A DNA stretch of 59,440 nt from Eubacteriales bacterium (GTDB lineage: Bacteria > Bacillota > Clostridia > Oscillospirales > CAG-272), in assembly GCA_045632065.1 (NCBI GenBank), contig JAZQWA010000087.1, forward strand, positions 1-59,440, written 5' to 3'. Both the position numbers and the translations under genes were made by a program. The notes beneath the pieces are model-generated. The model had not been told where the DNA came from and made no database searches. It saw nothing but the letters and a program-made list of their open reading frames with translations. Each line of letters opens with the position of its first letter. The first letter of the stretch is position 1. This document shows, piece after piece, positions 8,970 through 17,954 of the stretch.

Positions 8970-11603
8970 ATGATGAAAACAAAATTAACTAAAATATTGC
9001 TCCTTTCGTTCGTTCTCGTAATGATTTTCGGAACAGTTGCTCCCGCAGCCTTCGAGTCTTACGATACCTACACCTACTCCATTGACGGAAATCCGCTTCC
9101 TTCTCCCCACGCCTATACCCCCGACGTAGAGACCTATGATTCGGTTAGTATGGGACTTGTGGCAGGCTATTATTGGAGATATGAGAACGGCGCGGTAGGC
9201 ATCTGGACAGGAAACGGCATGAAGCCCGAGACGCTTGACGCAGAGTTCAGCTCCGAGCATCTTACCTACGAAAAGACTGCTGACGGCAAGGCTTATATTG
9301 TAACAGGACTTACCGAAGCAACCGCTTATCTTGCAATTCCCGCAACATACGAGGGACTTGACGTAGTTGCTATTGCAGAAAATGCTTTCTCCGCTAATGC
9401 AAATGCTATTACCGCTGTTATAATCGGTGAGAACGTTGCCACAATCGGAAATGGCGCATTTGCAAATGCAAAATCGCTTAAAACCGTTTACACCGAGCTT
9501 GACTCGGAGGAGTGGAAGAGCGTAGTCGTTGGCGACAAAAATGCGTCTCTTACCGCATCCACACTTTATTACTACTCGGAGATTATCAAGTTCGGTAACA
9601 CCCCTCTTTCCAAGGGTACTAACGACATTATTGCCGATAACGAGGGTAATCTTTATGTTGCCGATACAGGTAACAACCGTATCGTAATTCTCAGTAAGTA
9701 CGATTATAAGGTTATCGGTGTTATCAAAACCTACGTTGACGAGTACGGCAACGAGCAGGGCTTCGACGGACTTAACGGTCTGTACGTTACCAATTCCGAC
9801 GATATGGTTGACGGCTCCGCTCAGATTTTCGCCTGCGATACTAACAACAAGAGAGTTGTAGTATTCGATAAGGAGACCTACGAGTACGTAAGAACCATTG
9901 ATGAGCCCGATAACGCGCTCCTCAGTGAAACAGACTTCGCTCCCTACGCTATTGCAGTTGACCTTTACGGCAGAATTTACATAGTTTCCCGTAACTGTAC
10001 CAACGGTATTATCGTTCTTTCGGGCGAGGGCGAGTTTACAGGCTTTATCGGCGCGCAGAAGATTACCAGCAGCCCCTTTGAGCAGATCTGGGAGAAGTTC
10101 CAGAGCGCAGAGGACAGAAAAAATGCGAAGCGTAATCTTTCTATTCCTTTTAATAATATAACGGTAGACAAGGACGGCTTTGTTTACGTTACTATTAACT
10201 TTACCAATGCATCCGAGCTTTCACAGCAGATGACTGCTCTCAGAACTAAGACCGCCACTTACTCACCCGTAAAGAAGCTTAACTCTCGCGGTGTTGAGAT
10301 TATGAAGCGTAACGGCTTCTTTGACCCAGGCGGAGAGGTTATTTCTGCGGCGCAGGGAGCAACTGTAAAGGATCTTTCTGTTATCACCGACATTTCCATC
10401 GGAAATCACGGAACATGGACGATTCTTGACAGCTCGAGATCCAGAATGTATACCTACGACCAGAACGGAAACCTTCTGTTCGCCTTTGGTGACAAGGGCG
10501 CTCAGGTTGGCAACGGTGTAAAGTACGTTGCCATGACTTATCAGGTAGTTGACGGAGAGTATAATCTCGTTCTGCTTGATAACGCAGGTACAACAGGAAT
10601 TTCGCTTACCATTTTCCATCCTACCGATTACTGTGATATCATTATGGAGGCAATCTATAATCAGAATATACACAATTATTCGGAAACCATTGAAAACTGG
10701 GAAGCAATTCTTACTCAGAACACCAACTTCGACCTTGCTTATATCGGTATAGGTAAGGCTCTCTACAACCAGGGCAAATACGAGGAAGCAATGGATATGC
10801 TTGCCAGCGCTTATGAAACCGAGTATTACTCCAAGGCGTTTGCAGAGATAAGAAAGGACGTAATTGCAAAGTGGATGATTCCCATGCTTGCAGTAGTAAT
10901 CGCTCTTATCGTTCTTCTTGTTAAATTCCTTGGTTGGGCAGGTAAGAAGAATAAGGCAACCTCTCTTAAGGTGGGACGTAAGACCTACGGTGAGGAGATG
11001 CTTTACGTATTCCACATTATATTCCACCCCTTCGACGGATTCTGGGATTTGAAGCACGAGAAGAGAGGCTCGGTAAGAGCTGCATTGACCATTCTCGGTA
11101 TAACTATCCTTGCTTTCTTCTATCAGGGTATTGGTCAGGGATATATGTTTAACCCCAGAGGAACCGTATCTACTATATTTGATCAGCTTCTTGCAGTAGC
11201 AGTGCCCGTTCTTCTTTGGGTTGTTGCAAACTGGTGTCTTACAACACTCTTTGACGGAGAGGGAAGCATGAAGGACGTATTCGTAGCGACCTGCTACTCC
11301 TTGGCTCCTCTTCCTCTGTTCGTTATTATTTCTACCATTCTTACTAACATTCTTACTGTTGGTGAAGGCTCTATCGTTAACCTTCTCGTTACTATCGGTT
11401 ACGTTTGGGTTGGCTTGCTTCTGTTCTTCGGTATGGTTGTTACTCACGACTATTCTACAGGAAAGAACGTTATTACCACGTTAGGTACAATTGCCGCAAT
11501 GGCAGTTATTATGTTCATTATCATATTGTTCTCCAGCCTTGTAATGAAGATGGGAACATTCGTAATTTCGCTGATTAACGAAATCGGCGGCAGAATATCA
11601 TAG
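8970..11603 (+). CDS. Membrane-anchored NHL beta-propeller / TPR / Yip1 fusion protein with an inserted BspA-type LRR module
   Basis: Signal peptide; NHL repeats (GNLYVADTGNNRIVIL, IFACDTNNKRVVVFD, PYAIAVDLYGRIYIV); TPR (AYIGIGKALYNQGKYEEAM); TM helix; Yip1-type C-terminus (FHPFDGFWDLKHEKRG, NWCLTTLFDGEG, ATCYSLAP, VTHDYS). Confidence 0.8.
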   Translation: MMKTKLTKILLLSFVLVMIFGTVAPAAFESYDTYTYSIDGNPLPSPHAYTPDVETYDSVSMGLVAGYYWRYENGAVGIWTGNGMKPETLDAEFSSEHLTYEKTADGKAYIVTGLTEATAYLAIPATYEGLDVVAIAENAFSANANAITAVIIGENVATIGNGAFANAKSLKTVYTELDSEEWKSVVVGDKNASLTASTLYYYSEIIKFGNTPLSKGTNDIIADNEGNLYVADTGNNRIVILSKYDYKVIGVIKTYVDEYGNEQGFDGLNGLYVTNSDDMVDGSAQIFACDTNNKRVVVFDKETYEYVRTIDEPDNALLSETDFAPYAIAVDLYGRIYIVSRNCTNGIIVLSGEGEFTGFIGAQKITSSPFEQIWEKFQSAEDRKNAKRNLSIPFNNITVDKDGFVYVTINFTNASELSQQMTALRTKTATYSPVKKLNSRGVEIMKRNGFFDPGGEVISAAQGATVKDLSVITDISIGNHGTWTILDSSRSRMYTYDQNGNLLFAFGDKGAQVGNGVKYVAMTYQVVDGEYNLVLLDNAGTTGISLTIFHPTDYCDIIMEAIYNQNIHNYSETIENWEAILTQNTNFDLAYIGIGKALYNQGKYEEAMDMLASAYETEYYSKAFAEIRKDVIAKWMIPMLAVVIALIVLLVKFLGWAGKKNKATSLKVGRKTYGEEMLYVFHIIFHPFDGFWDLKHEKRGSVRAALTILGITILAFFYQGIGQGYMFNPRGTVSTIFDQLLAVAVPVLLWVVANWCLTTLFDGEGSMKDVFVATCYSLAPLPLFVIISTILTNILTVGEGSIVNLLVTIGYVWVGLLLFFGMVVTHDYSTGKNVITTLGTIAAMAVIMFIIILFSSLVMKMGTFVISLINEIGGRIS

Positions 11604-11620
11604 AAAGGGAGGTAATGTAA

Positions 11621-14600
11621 ATGAAATTGAATAAATTAGTATCATCCGTACTTGCATTTGTAATGATTGTTACAAGCTTTGCTGCGTTGCTTCCCGTTGT
11701 AGCTTCTGCTGCATCCCCGATAGCCGTTAACGTTAAGACAGACGACGACAGAGTCTCTGATATGGAAGCCGTAATTGAGATTTGTAATGACTATATGTCA
11801 TATAATTTCAGCACGGCAAAGGAAATGCTTGATTACGAGCTTGAGAAGGGCTACCTTGACAGCATCACTCGTGGCAATTTTGCAGTGTATATCAACCGCT
11901 TCACAGGTGTTATGTACTACGTTAATAATCTTACAGGTCAGATTCTTACCAGTAACTTTATTGACCCTGCATATCAGACAATCGAGGGCGGTCAGACGGT
12001 AACACTCGACAAGACCTATCTCGGACAGGTAAGCGTTAGCGCATTTAACATTGACGGTACAGCTAAGTATGAGTACAACAGCTTTGAATGGATAATGGAG
12101 GGCTCGCTTCTCTCTGTTTCCAAGAGCGCAGAGGATGGAATTTCCGTTGAATACATTCTCGGTAATGCCTTCGACGCATTTATCATCCCCGATGTTATGA
12201 CGCTTGACACCTTTAATAAGGACATACTTCATCCTGCATTTGAGAAGCTTCAGTCGCTTTTGAATGAGTGCTGCGGTCCCTTCAATAGCGCGACTGCCGC
12301 TGCTGCTAAGGCAGAGACATCTTCTCCTTCGTTGAACTGGAGAATGAAGTCTACAAGCTACAACATTTTAGAGGACGATATTTACAGAAAAGAAGTTTAC
12401 TTCGAGACCTATTTATCGTCTGCGCTTGATAACTATGTTAAATACGCAGCTATTCACCTCGGCGAAGGCTTTGAAAGCAACGCGAAGTATATCGAAATTT
12501 ACAATCACGTAACCTTCATCAAGTCATTCTTTGAGAACTATAACATTATCAAGGCTGATAATACAAGTGATAAGAAGAATGAGAGAATTCCCGTAATCCT
12601 TGACGGCGTTATGGTTGTTCTTCTTGATGGAGCAGAGGATAAGACCTCTTCGATTATCAACAAATATCGCTCGGTTGAAAAGGCCATCAAGTATCTTCGT
12701 CCCGGACTTACTCAGGAGCAGGTAGATATCTACGAGCAGGAGTGTGGATTCACAGCTGATGAATCGAACATTCCCTCCTTCAAGGTAACTCTTGTTTACA
12801 CCATTGATGAGGACGGCAATCTTGTTGTTGACGTTCCTGCAAATGCGATTTCCTATGATAAGGAAATTTACTCGGTAGCCAGCGTTTCTACCCTTAAGTA
12901 CTTCGGCGCAGGAAATATGATTGACGACGGTTACGTATTCTATCCCGACGGTAGCGGTACTGTTATTGATTTTGATGACTTCTACTTCACAGAGCCCGGC
13001 AGAGTAAGCCCCTCTGTAAACGTTGAATCTAAGGTATATGGCGCAGATTACTGCTATTCGGCTATTACAGGAGCTCACCGCGAGCAGATTACAATGCCTG
13101 TTTACGGTATTGTAAGCCAGGTTAATGCAAATAATCTCGGCTACTCCGCAGGTCTTGGTCAGGTTACCAACGGCTTCCTTGCGATAATCGAGGATGGCGC
13201 ATCTCTTACCAGTATTGTTGCTGAATCCCGTGGTTCAACACACAAGTATATGGGCGCTTATACCATCTTCGCGCCTTTCCCCTCTGATACATACGACCTT
13301 TCTGCATCCTTGTCGGTAGGTTCGCTTTCCAACTATACAGTAGTTGCTCCTGCTTTCTATGAGGGCAAGCTCAGAACAAAGTACGTAATGCTTGTTGATG
13401 AGAGCATTTATGCAAAGGCTCTTCTCGTTGATCCCGGATTTGTCGGATATATCCCCAGTTACGTTGGTATGGCAAATTGCTATCGCGATTATTTGAAGAA
13501 CAACGGTGTTCTTTCGGCTCTTGCAAAGCAGGACAATACAGCTCCTCTCTACGTTGAGGTTCTCGGTTCAATGAAGGTTTCCAAGAGATTCCTTTCGTTC
13601 CCCATAACCGTTTCCGAGGCTCTTACAACCTTCTCCGACGTGGAAAGAATGTATAACGAATTCTCAGGCGCAAAGGCAACTCTCACAGCTAAGGCGCAGG
13701 CGCTCAGAGCTGAAGCAGATAAGCTTAGAGAAGAGGATGCGACAAAGCATAGCGTTGAAATTGCTAAGAAAATTGCAAAGGCAGAGGAGTACGAGGCTCT
13801 TGCAAGCAAGTGCTCCAATGCAACCGATGTTAACTTCAGATTGACAGGTTTTGTAAACGGTGGTTTACATTATACCTATCCTGCAAAGGTAAAATGGGAG
13901 AAATCTCTTGGCGGTAAGAAGGGAATAAATGCGCTTCTTGATACCGCAAAAGAGGTGAATGCAAGTGGTAACGGCAACTTTGGCATATACCCCGATTTCG
14001 ACTTTATGTATATCAACAATACTTCTTGGTTTGACGGAATCAATCCTAAGAAGGCTGGCGCTTTGATGGTTGATAACCGTTATGCGTCCAAGCAGAGCTA
14101 TAACTCCATCAGCCAGCAGTTTGAAACACTGTTTGCTCTTGCAGTTTCTACCGACTCAATGGCAGAGCTTTATCAGAAGTTCCTTAAGAAATACTCTAAG
14201 TTCGATATGAACGGAATTTCGGTATCCACCATGGGTTCTGATCTTAACTCTAACTTTGACAGTGATAATCCCGTTATTCGTGAAAACAGCATAGCAGGTA
14301 TCACTTCACTCCTTAATACCATGTCCGAGACCTACAGCGTTATGACCGATAAGGGAAATGCTTACACCTTGAAGTACGTTGACCATATTCTCAACGCATC
14401 TCTTGATGCAAGCCATTTCAACTTCTCCTCTTACGCAGTACCCTTCTACGGAATGGTGCTTCACGGATACGTGCAGTATGCAGGTACTCCTCTTAACTTC
14501 TCCGGCTCTCCCAGCTACGAGATTCTTCGTTCAATCGAGAGCGGCGCATCTCTTTACTACGTTCTCTGCGCGCAGAATTATAGCTACTTGAAGGAAGATC

Positions 14601-15349
14601 CTCTTCTTTCCAAGTACTACGGTGTGTACTATGAGAACTGGTTTGAAAAAATCATAGAGCAGTACTCAATTCTTAACAGCGCGGTTGGTGATCTTCAGAA
14701 TCACGGTATAGTTGACCATTCTATTGTCTATGCCGAGCGTGTTCTTAATCCCTCCGAGCAAAACGTTAATAACAACAACCTTATTGAAGAGTTCCTTTCG
14801 GAGCTTAGCGATGTAATCTCCGATGGTATTTACGCCAAGAGAAGCGAAATGAGAGATGATCCTGCAATGATAGGAAAGGGCCTTGAGTTTGTAGTGACCG
14901 ATGCTGATAAGGCTGTTCTTGCCGAGCTTTGCGCACAGCGACTTAACGTTAGCGTGGATGAGCTTAATGCTTATAGCTTCGGTGAGAAGCTTTCCGCTAC
15001 CATTGAGAGCTACCGCAAGAACCACAATAGCGGTGAGGTTAAGGTAAATCTTGCCGATATGATCTCCAAGGTGGACTACAAGTCCAAGTACAGCTACGTA
15101 ACAGACTCCTTCGCGACCGATAAGGACTATGTTGAAACCGATTACACCTGTGACAACGGTAACGTTGTTCTGGTAACTTATGAGAAGGAAGAGAACGGCG
15201 TGAAGAGCACCGTAACCTTCATTCTTAACTACAACCTGTTCTCCGTTAAAATCAAGGTTAACGAGGATACCCATGCTAATTACGCAGAGTACTGCGATGC
15301 AGACGGATACATCACTCTTGATAGCTACGGATACGTAAAAATTCAGTAA
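11621..15349 (+). CDS. Large secreted DUF5696-like protein
   Basis: Signal peptide ending ASA; LKYFGAG, GYVFYPDGSG, VYGAD, MPVYG, SYVGMANCYRDYL, LTTFSD, VPFYGMVLHGYVQY. These motifs and this gene context match my recollection of DUF5696. Confidence 0.75.
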   Translation: MKLNKLVSSVLAFVMIVTSFAALLPVVASAASPIAVNVKTDDDRVSDMEAVIEICNDYMSYNFSTAKEMLDYELEKGYLDSITRGNFAVYINRFTGVMYYVNNLTGQILTSNFIDPAYQTIEGGQTVTLDKTYLGQVSVSAFNIDGTAKYEYNSFEWIMEGSLLSVSKSAEDGISVEYILGNAFDAFIIPDVMTLDTFNKDILHPAFEKLQSLLNECCGPFNSATAAAAKAETSSPSLNWRMKSTSYNILEDDIYRKEVYFETYLSSALDNYVKYAAIHLGEGFESNAKYIEIYNHVTFIKSFFENYNIIKADNTSDKKNERIPVILDGVMVVLLDGAEDKTSSIINKYRSVEKAIKYLRPGLTQEQVDIYEQECGFTADESNIPSFKVTLVYTIDEDGNLVVDVPANAISYDKEIYSVASVSTLKYFGAGNMIDDGYVFYPDGSGTVIDFDDFYFTEPGRVSPSVNVESKVYGADYCYSAITGAHREQITMPVYGIVSQVNANNLGYSAGLGQVTNGFLAIIEDGASLTSIVAESRGSTHKYMGAYTIFAPFPSDTYDLSASLSVGSLSNYTVVAPAFYEGKLRTKYVMLVDESIYAKALLVDPGFVGYIPSYVGMANCYRDYLKNNGVLSALAKQDNTAPLYVEVLGSMKVSKRFLSFPITVSEALTTFSDVERMYNEFSGAKATLTAKAQALRAEADKLREEDATKHSVEIAKKIAKAEEYEALASKCSNATDVNFRLTGFVNGGLHYTYPAKVKWEKSLGGKKGINALLDTAKEVNASGNGNFGIYPDFDFMYINNTSWFDGINPKKAGALMVDNRYASKQSYNSISQQFETLFALAVSTDSMAELYQKFLKKYSKFDMNGISVSTMGSDLNSNFDSDNPVIRENSIAGITSLLNTMSETYSVMTDKGNAYTLKYVDHILNASLDASHFNFSSYAVPFYGMVLHGYVQYAGTPLNFSGSPSYEILRSIESGASLYYVLCAQNYSYLKEDPLLSKYYGVYYENWFEKIIEQYSILNSAVGDLQNHGIVDHSIVYAERVLNPSEQNVNNNNLIEEFLSELSDVISDGIYAKRSEMRDDPAMIGKGLEFVVTDADKAVLAELCAQRLNVSVDELNAYSFGEKLSATIESYRKNHNSGEVKVNLADMISKVDYKSKYSYVTDSFATDKDYVETDYTCDNGNVVLVTYEKEENGVKSTVTFILNYNLFSVKIKVNEDTHANYAEYCDADGYITLDSYGYVKIQ

Positions 15350-15361
15350 AGGAGGGGCAAA

Positions 15362-16342
15362 ATGAATAAAATACTCAATATTTTTAACAAGGATGCCGAT
15401 AAGCGCTTTAACTTGAAGCTTCCTTTCAAAAAGGCCTCTCTTGATGCTAAGAAGGCAAGGGCAGGCTACGCTTTCGTAGCCCCCTTCCTGATAGGTATAT
15501 TCCTCATTTATATTCCTATCCTTGTTGACTCTATATGGTTCAGCTTCAGCGAAATTAAGCTTAACGCTGCCAGCGCCACCATTACTCTTAATCCTGTTGG
15601 CTTTGACAACTATGTTATGGCATTTAAAAACGCAAGCTTTATTAAGAATCTTCTTGCAGCATTGCAGGAGCTTGTGTTCCAGGTGCCCGCAATTATAGTA
15701 TTCTCACTGTTTATTGCAGTAGTTCTTAACCAGAAGATGCTTGGTAGAGCAATGTTCCGTGCTATCTTCTTCATGCCCGTTATTATTGCTACAGGTGTTA
15801 TGGCGAGAATTATTGCAAATGCCGAGGAATTCTCCAAGGGCGCTGAAATTGACGACGGTTCAGGTCAGGCAAGCGCGTCTGATTTGATTTCCGCGCTTGA
15901 CGTTGAGGCCCTGTTCTCGAAAATGAAGGTTGGTACTGAGATTGTTGGCTACGTAGTTCAGCTTGTAAACGACGTTTACACTATTGTTAACTACTCCGGC
16001 GTACAGATGCTTATCTTCCTTGCAGGACTTCAGTCTATTTCACCCTCTATCTACGAGGCATGCCGTATTGACGGCGCTTCGGGATGGGAAACCTTCTGGA
16101 AGGTTACATTCCCGATGATATCCCCGATGATTTTGGTAAATGCTATTTATACAATTATAGACTCCTTTACCAGACCCACAAACCCTGTAATGAAGTACAT
16201 TACCACTGAGGCTCCGCAGAATACTTTAAGAGATACTGTGCCTCTGGCGATGTCGTGGATTTACTTCGTTATAGTAATCCTTATTATAGCGGTTGTGGCG
16301 GCGATAGCGTCCTCGTTTGTATTCTATCAGAGAAAGGATTAA
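15362..16342 (+). CDS. Carbohydrate ABC transporter permease (MalF/UgpA-like)
   Basis: GFDNY, FRAIFFMP, IFLAGLQSISPSIYEACRIDGASGWETFWKVTFP. Confidence 0.93.
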   Translation: MNKILNIFNKDADKRFNLKLPFKKASLDAKKARAGYAFVAPFLIGIFLIYIPILVDSIWFSFSEIKLNAASATITLNPVGFDNYVMAFKNASFIKNLLAALQELVFQVPAIIVFSLFIAVVLNQKMLGRAMFRAIFFMPVIIATGVMARIIANAEEFSKGAEIDDGSGQASASDLISALDVEALFSKMKVGTEIVGYVVQLVNDVYTIVNYSGVQMLIFLAGLQSISPSIYEACRIDGASGWETFWKVTFPMISPMILVNAIYTIIDSFTRPTNPVMKYITTEAPQNTLRDTVPLAMSWIYFVIVILIIAVVAAIASSFVFYQRKD

Positions 16343-16355
16343 GGAGGTGCTTACA

Positions 16356-17405
16356 ATGGAATCAACAAAACCCGTTATTACAAAAGAAACCAAAAACAAG
16401 ATTTCTGTTGATTATGAAGGCAAGCTTCCCCTTAAGGAAAGAATAATCAGAAAGCTTAAAGCGTCTAACACCTGGGTTGTTGCAGGCGTTAACGTGCTTC
16501 GCTTTATTCTGATGCTTGGTATATCCTTCGTAATCCTTTATCCCTTCTTTGCAAAGATTGCAGGCTCGTTTATGACTAAGGAGGACGTAGTTGACGCAAC
16601 TATTCTCCTTATTCCCAAGAACTTTACTCTTGAGCAGTATAAGTGGATTATAGTAGATAACCGTTATTTCGAGGCATTCTTCAACACTCTGTTCCTGTCG
16701 CTTTTATGCGCCCTGATACAGACCTTTGTTGCCTGCCTTGTTGGTTACGGACTTTCCAAGTTCAAATTCAAGGGTAATAAGCTGGTTATGATTGCCGTGG
16801 TAATTACAATGGCAATTCCTGCAAACACTCTTATGCTTTCTATGATGAGACACTTCACGTTCTTTGATTTAGGAAACATAATGGCTCTTGGAAAACCCGG
16901 TATATTAACGAGTATATTTGGCAAAATCGAGCTTATAGACACCTTCTGGCCATTTATTATCCTGTCGGTTTGCGGTCTCGCATTTAAGAACGGACTTTAT
17001 ATCTATATGATGCGTCAGTTCTTCAAGGGCGTTCCCGATGAGCTTGAGGAGTCTGCATACGTTGACGGCTCGGGTACCTTCCGTACTTTCATTCAGATTA
17101 TTATTCCTCTTTCTGTGCCTATGATGATTACCATCTTCCTCTTTGCATTCTCATGGCAGTGGACTGATGAAACATATTGGCAGAACTTTATGCCAGGATG
17201 GAGTGAAAATGCGCCTTGGATGATGCCCAACGTTGCAAGACAAATCCCCAGTCACCTTCAGGTTACCTACGCAGGCCAGGCGCTTTATGAAAACGTAATT
17301 CAGAATACCGCAGGTATGATGATTATTGCGCCCCTTATCATTATGTACCTCTTCTGTCAGAGATACTTGGTGCAGGGTATAGAGCGTTCCGGTATCGTTG
17401 GCTAA
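16356..17405 (+). CDS. Carbohydrate ABC transporter permease (MalG/UgpE-like)
   Basis: GYGLSKFKFKG, MRQFFKGVPDELEESAYVDGSG, YLFCQRYLVQG; ATG 16356 follows AAGGAGG. Confidence 0.93.
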   Translation: MESTKPVITKETKNKISVDYEGKLPLKERIIRKLKASNTWVVAGVNVLRFILMLGISFVILYPFFAKIAGSFMTKEDVVDATILLIPKNFTLEQYKWIIVDNRYFEAFFNTLFLSLLCALIQTFVACLVGYGLSKFKFKGNKLVMIAVVITMAIPANTLMLSMMRHFTFFDLGNIMALGKPGILTSIFGKIELIDTFWPFIILSVCGLAFKNGLYIYMMRQFFKGVPDELEESAYVDGSGTFRTFIQIIIPLSVPMMITIFLFAFSWQWTDETYWQNFMPGWSENAPWMMPNVARQIPSHLQVTYAGQALYENVIQNTAGMMIIAPLIIMYLFCQRYLVQGIERSGIVG

Positions 17406-17641
17406 TCAAGTGATGCCATATTTGGCAAAATCATAAAATTACCGCCGTTTGCTGTACTCTCGACGTAGGTAACTACGCCTTCGGTCGCAAACGGCGGTTT
17501 TTGCTCAAATCTGCATATCACTTGATATAGGAAAAACAGCATATTTGCGCACATGCCGTCAAAGGCTCGCTTGGAGTATGTGAATACACCGTCGCTTGCC
17601 TAAGACGCCCTGCGCATCAAATCTGCTCGGTTTTGATTAGC
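17401..17641. repeat. Composite palindromic element holding two copies (A 17406-17525, B 17538-17627) of a structured repeat, bounded by a 9-bp inverted repeat
   Basis: GCTAATCAA (17401-17409) / TTGATTAGC (17633-17641); TCAAGTGAT...ATCACTTGA closes unit A; both units run CATATTTG...CAAATCTGC around a GTAN-N4-NTAC hairpin; a third copy lies at ~53260-53482. Confidence 0.8.
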
Positions 17642-17664
17642 AGAAACAAAGATAAATGCAAAAT

Positions 17665-17702
17665 GCTCCTCGCAACAAATGTTGCGAGGAGCTTAATTTT
17701 TT
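17665..17702. terminator. Intrinsic terminator between the transport operon and the convergent AbrB gene
   Basis: GCTCCTCGCAACA-aa-TGTTGCGAGGAGC perfect 13-bp stem with T-rich and A-rich flanks. Confidence 0.85.
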
Positions 17703-17716
17703 TATTCTTGTTACTG

Positions 17717-17944
17717 TTATTTATGATAATTTTTCAATATTTTCTCAATGCATGATTTGCATAGAGGAATCATGCTATCATCCGAAATTTTGTCTCTGCA
17801 TATTTTACAGCAAGGTTCGTAAGCTACAACTGTAACACCTTTACCCGAATCAAGAAATTCAATCGTTGTACCTTCGTCTAAACCGTATTTTTGCCGTAAT
17901 TCCTGCGGAATAACTATCCTTCCGAGTTTATCAACTTTTCTCAT
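17717..17944 (-). CDS. AbrB/MazE/SpoVT family transcriptional regulator with C-terminal CxxC...CxxC
   Basis: MRKVDKLGRIVIPQELRQKYGL is the AbrB signature; CKIC and CKSC; ATG 17944 follows GGGAGGG (ORF track start is TTG 17956). Confidence 0.9.
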   Translation of the reverse strand: MRKVDKLGRIVIPQELRQKYGLDEGTTIEFLDSGKGVTVVAYEPCCKICRDKISDDSMIPLCKSCIEKILKNYHK

Positions 17945-17954
17945 AATCCCTCCC

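Noticed and set aside
4646..11447. Long antisense ORFs (4646-6073, 10263-11447, and similar ones opposite the helicase, secA and glnA)
   Set aside because: Shadows of codon-biased sense genes; no motifs or RBS.
17401..17641. CRISPR array or tRNA
   Set aside because: No identical direct repeats with spacers, no cas genes, no cloverleaf or T-loop consensus.
17717..17944. AbrB/MazE gene as a type II antitoxin
   Set aside because: No toxin gene follows, and the C-terminal Cys pairs fit the clostridial AbrB regulator type.
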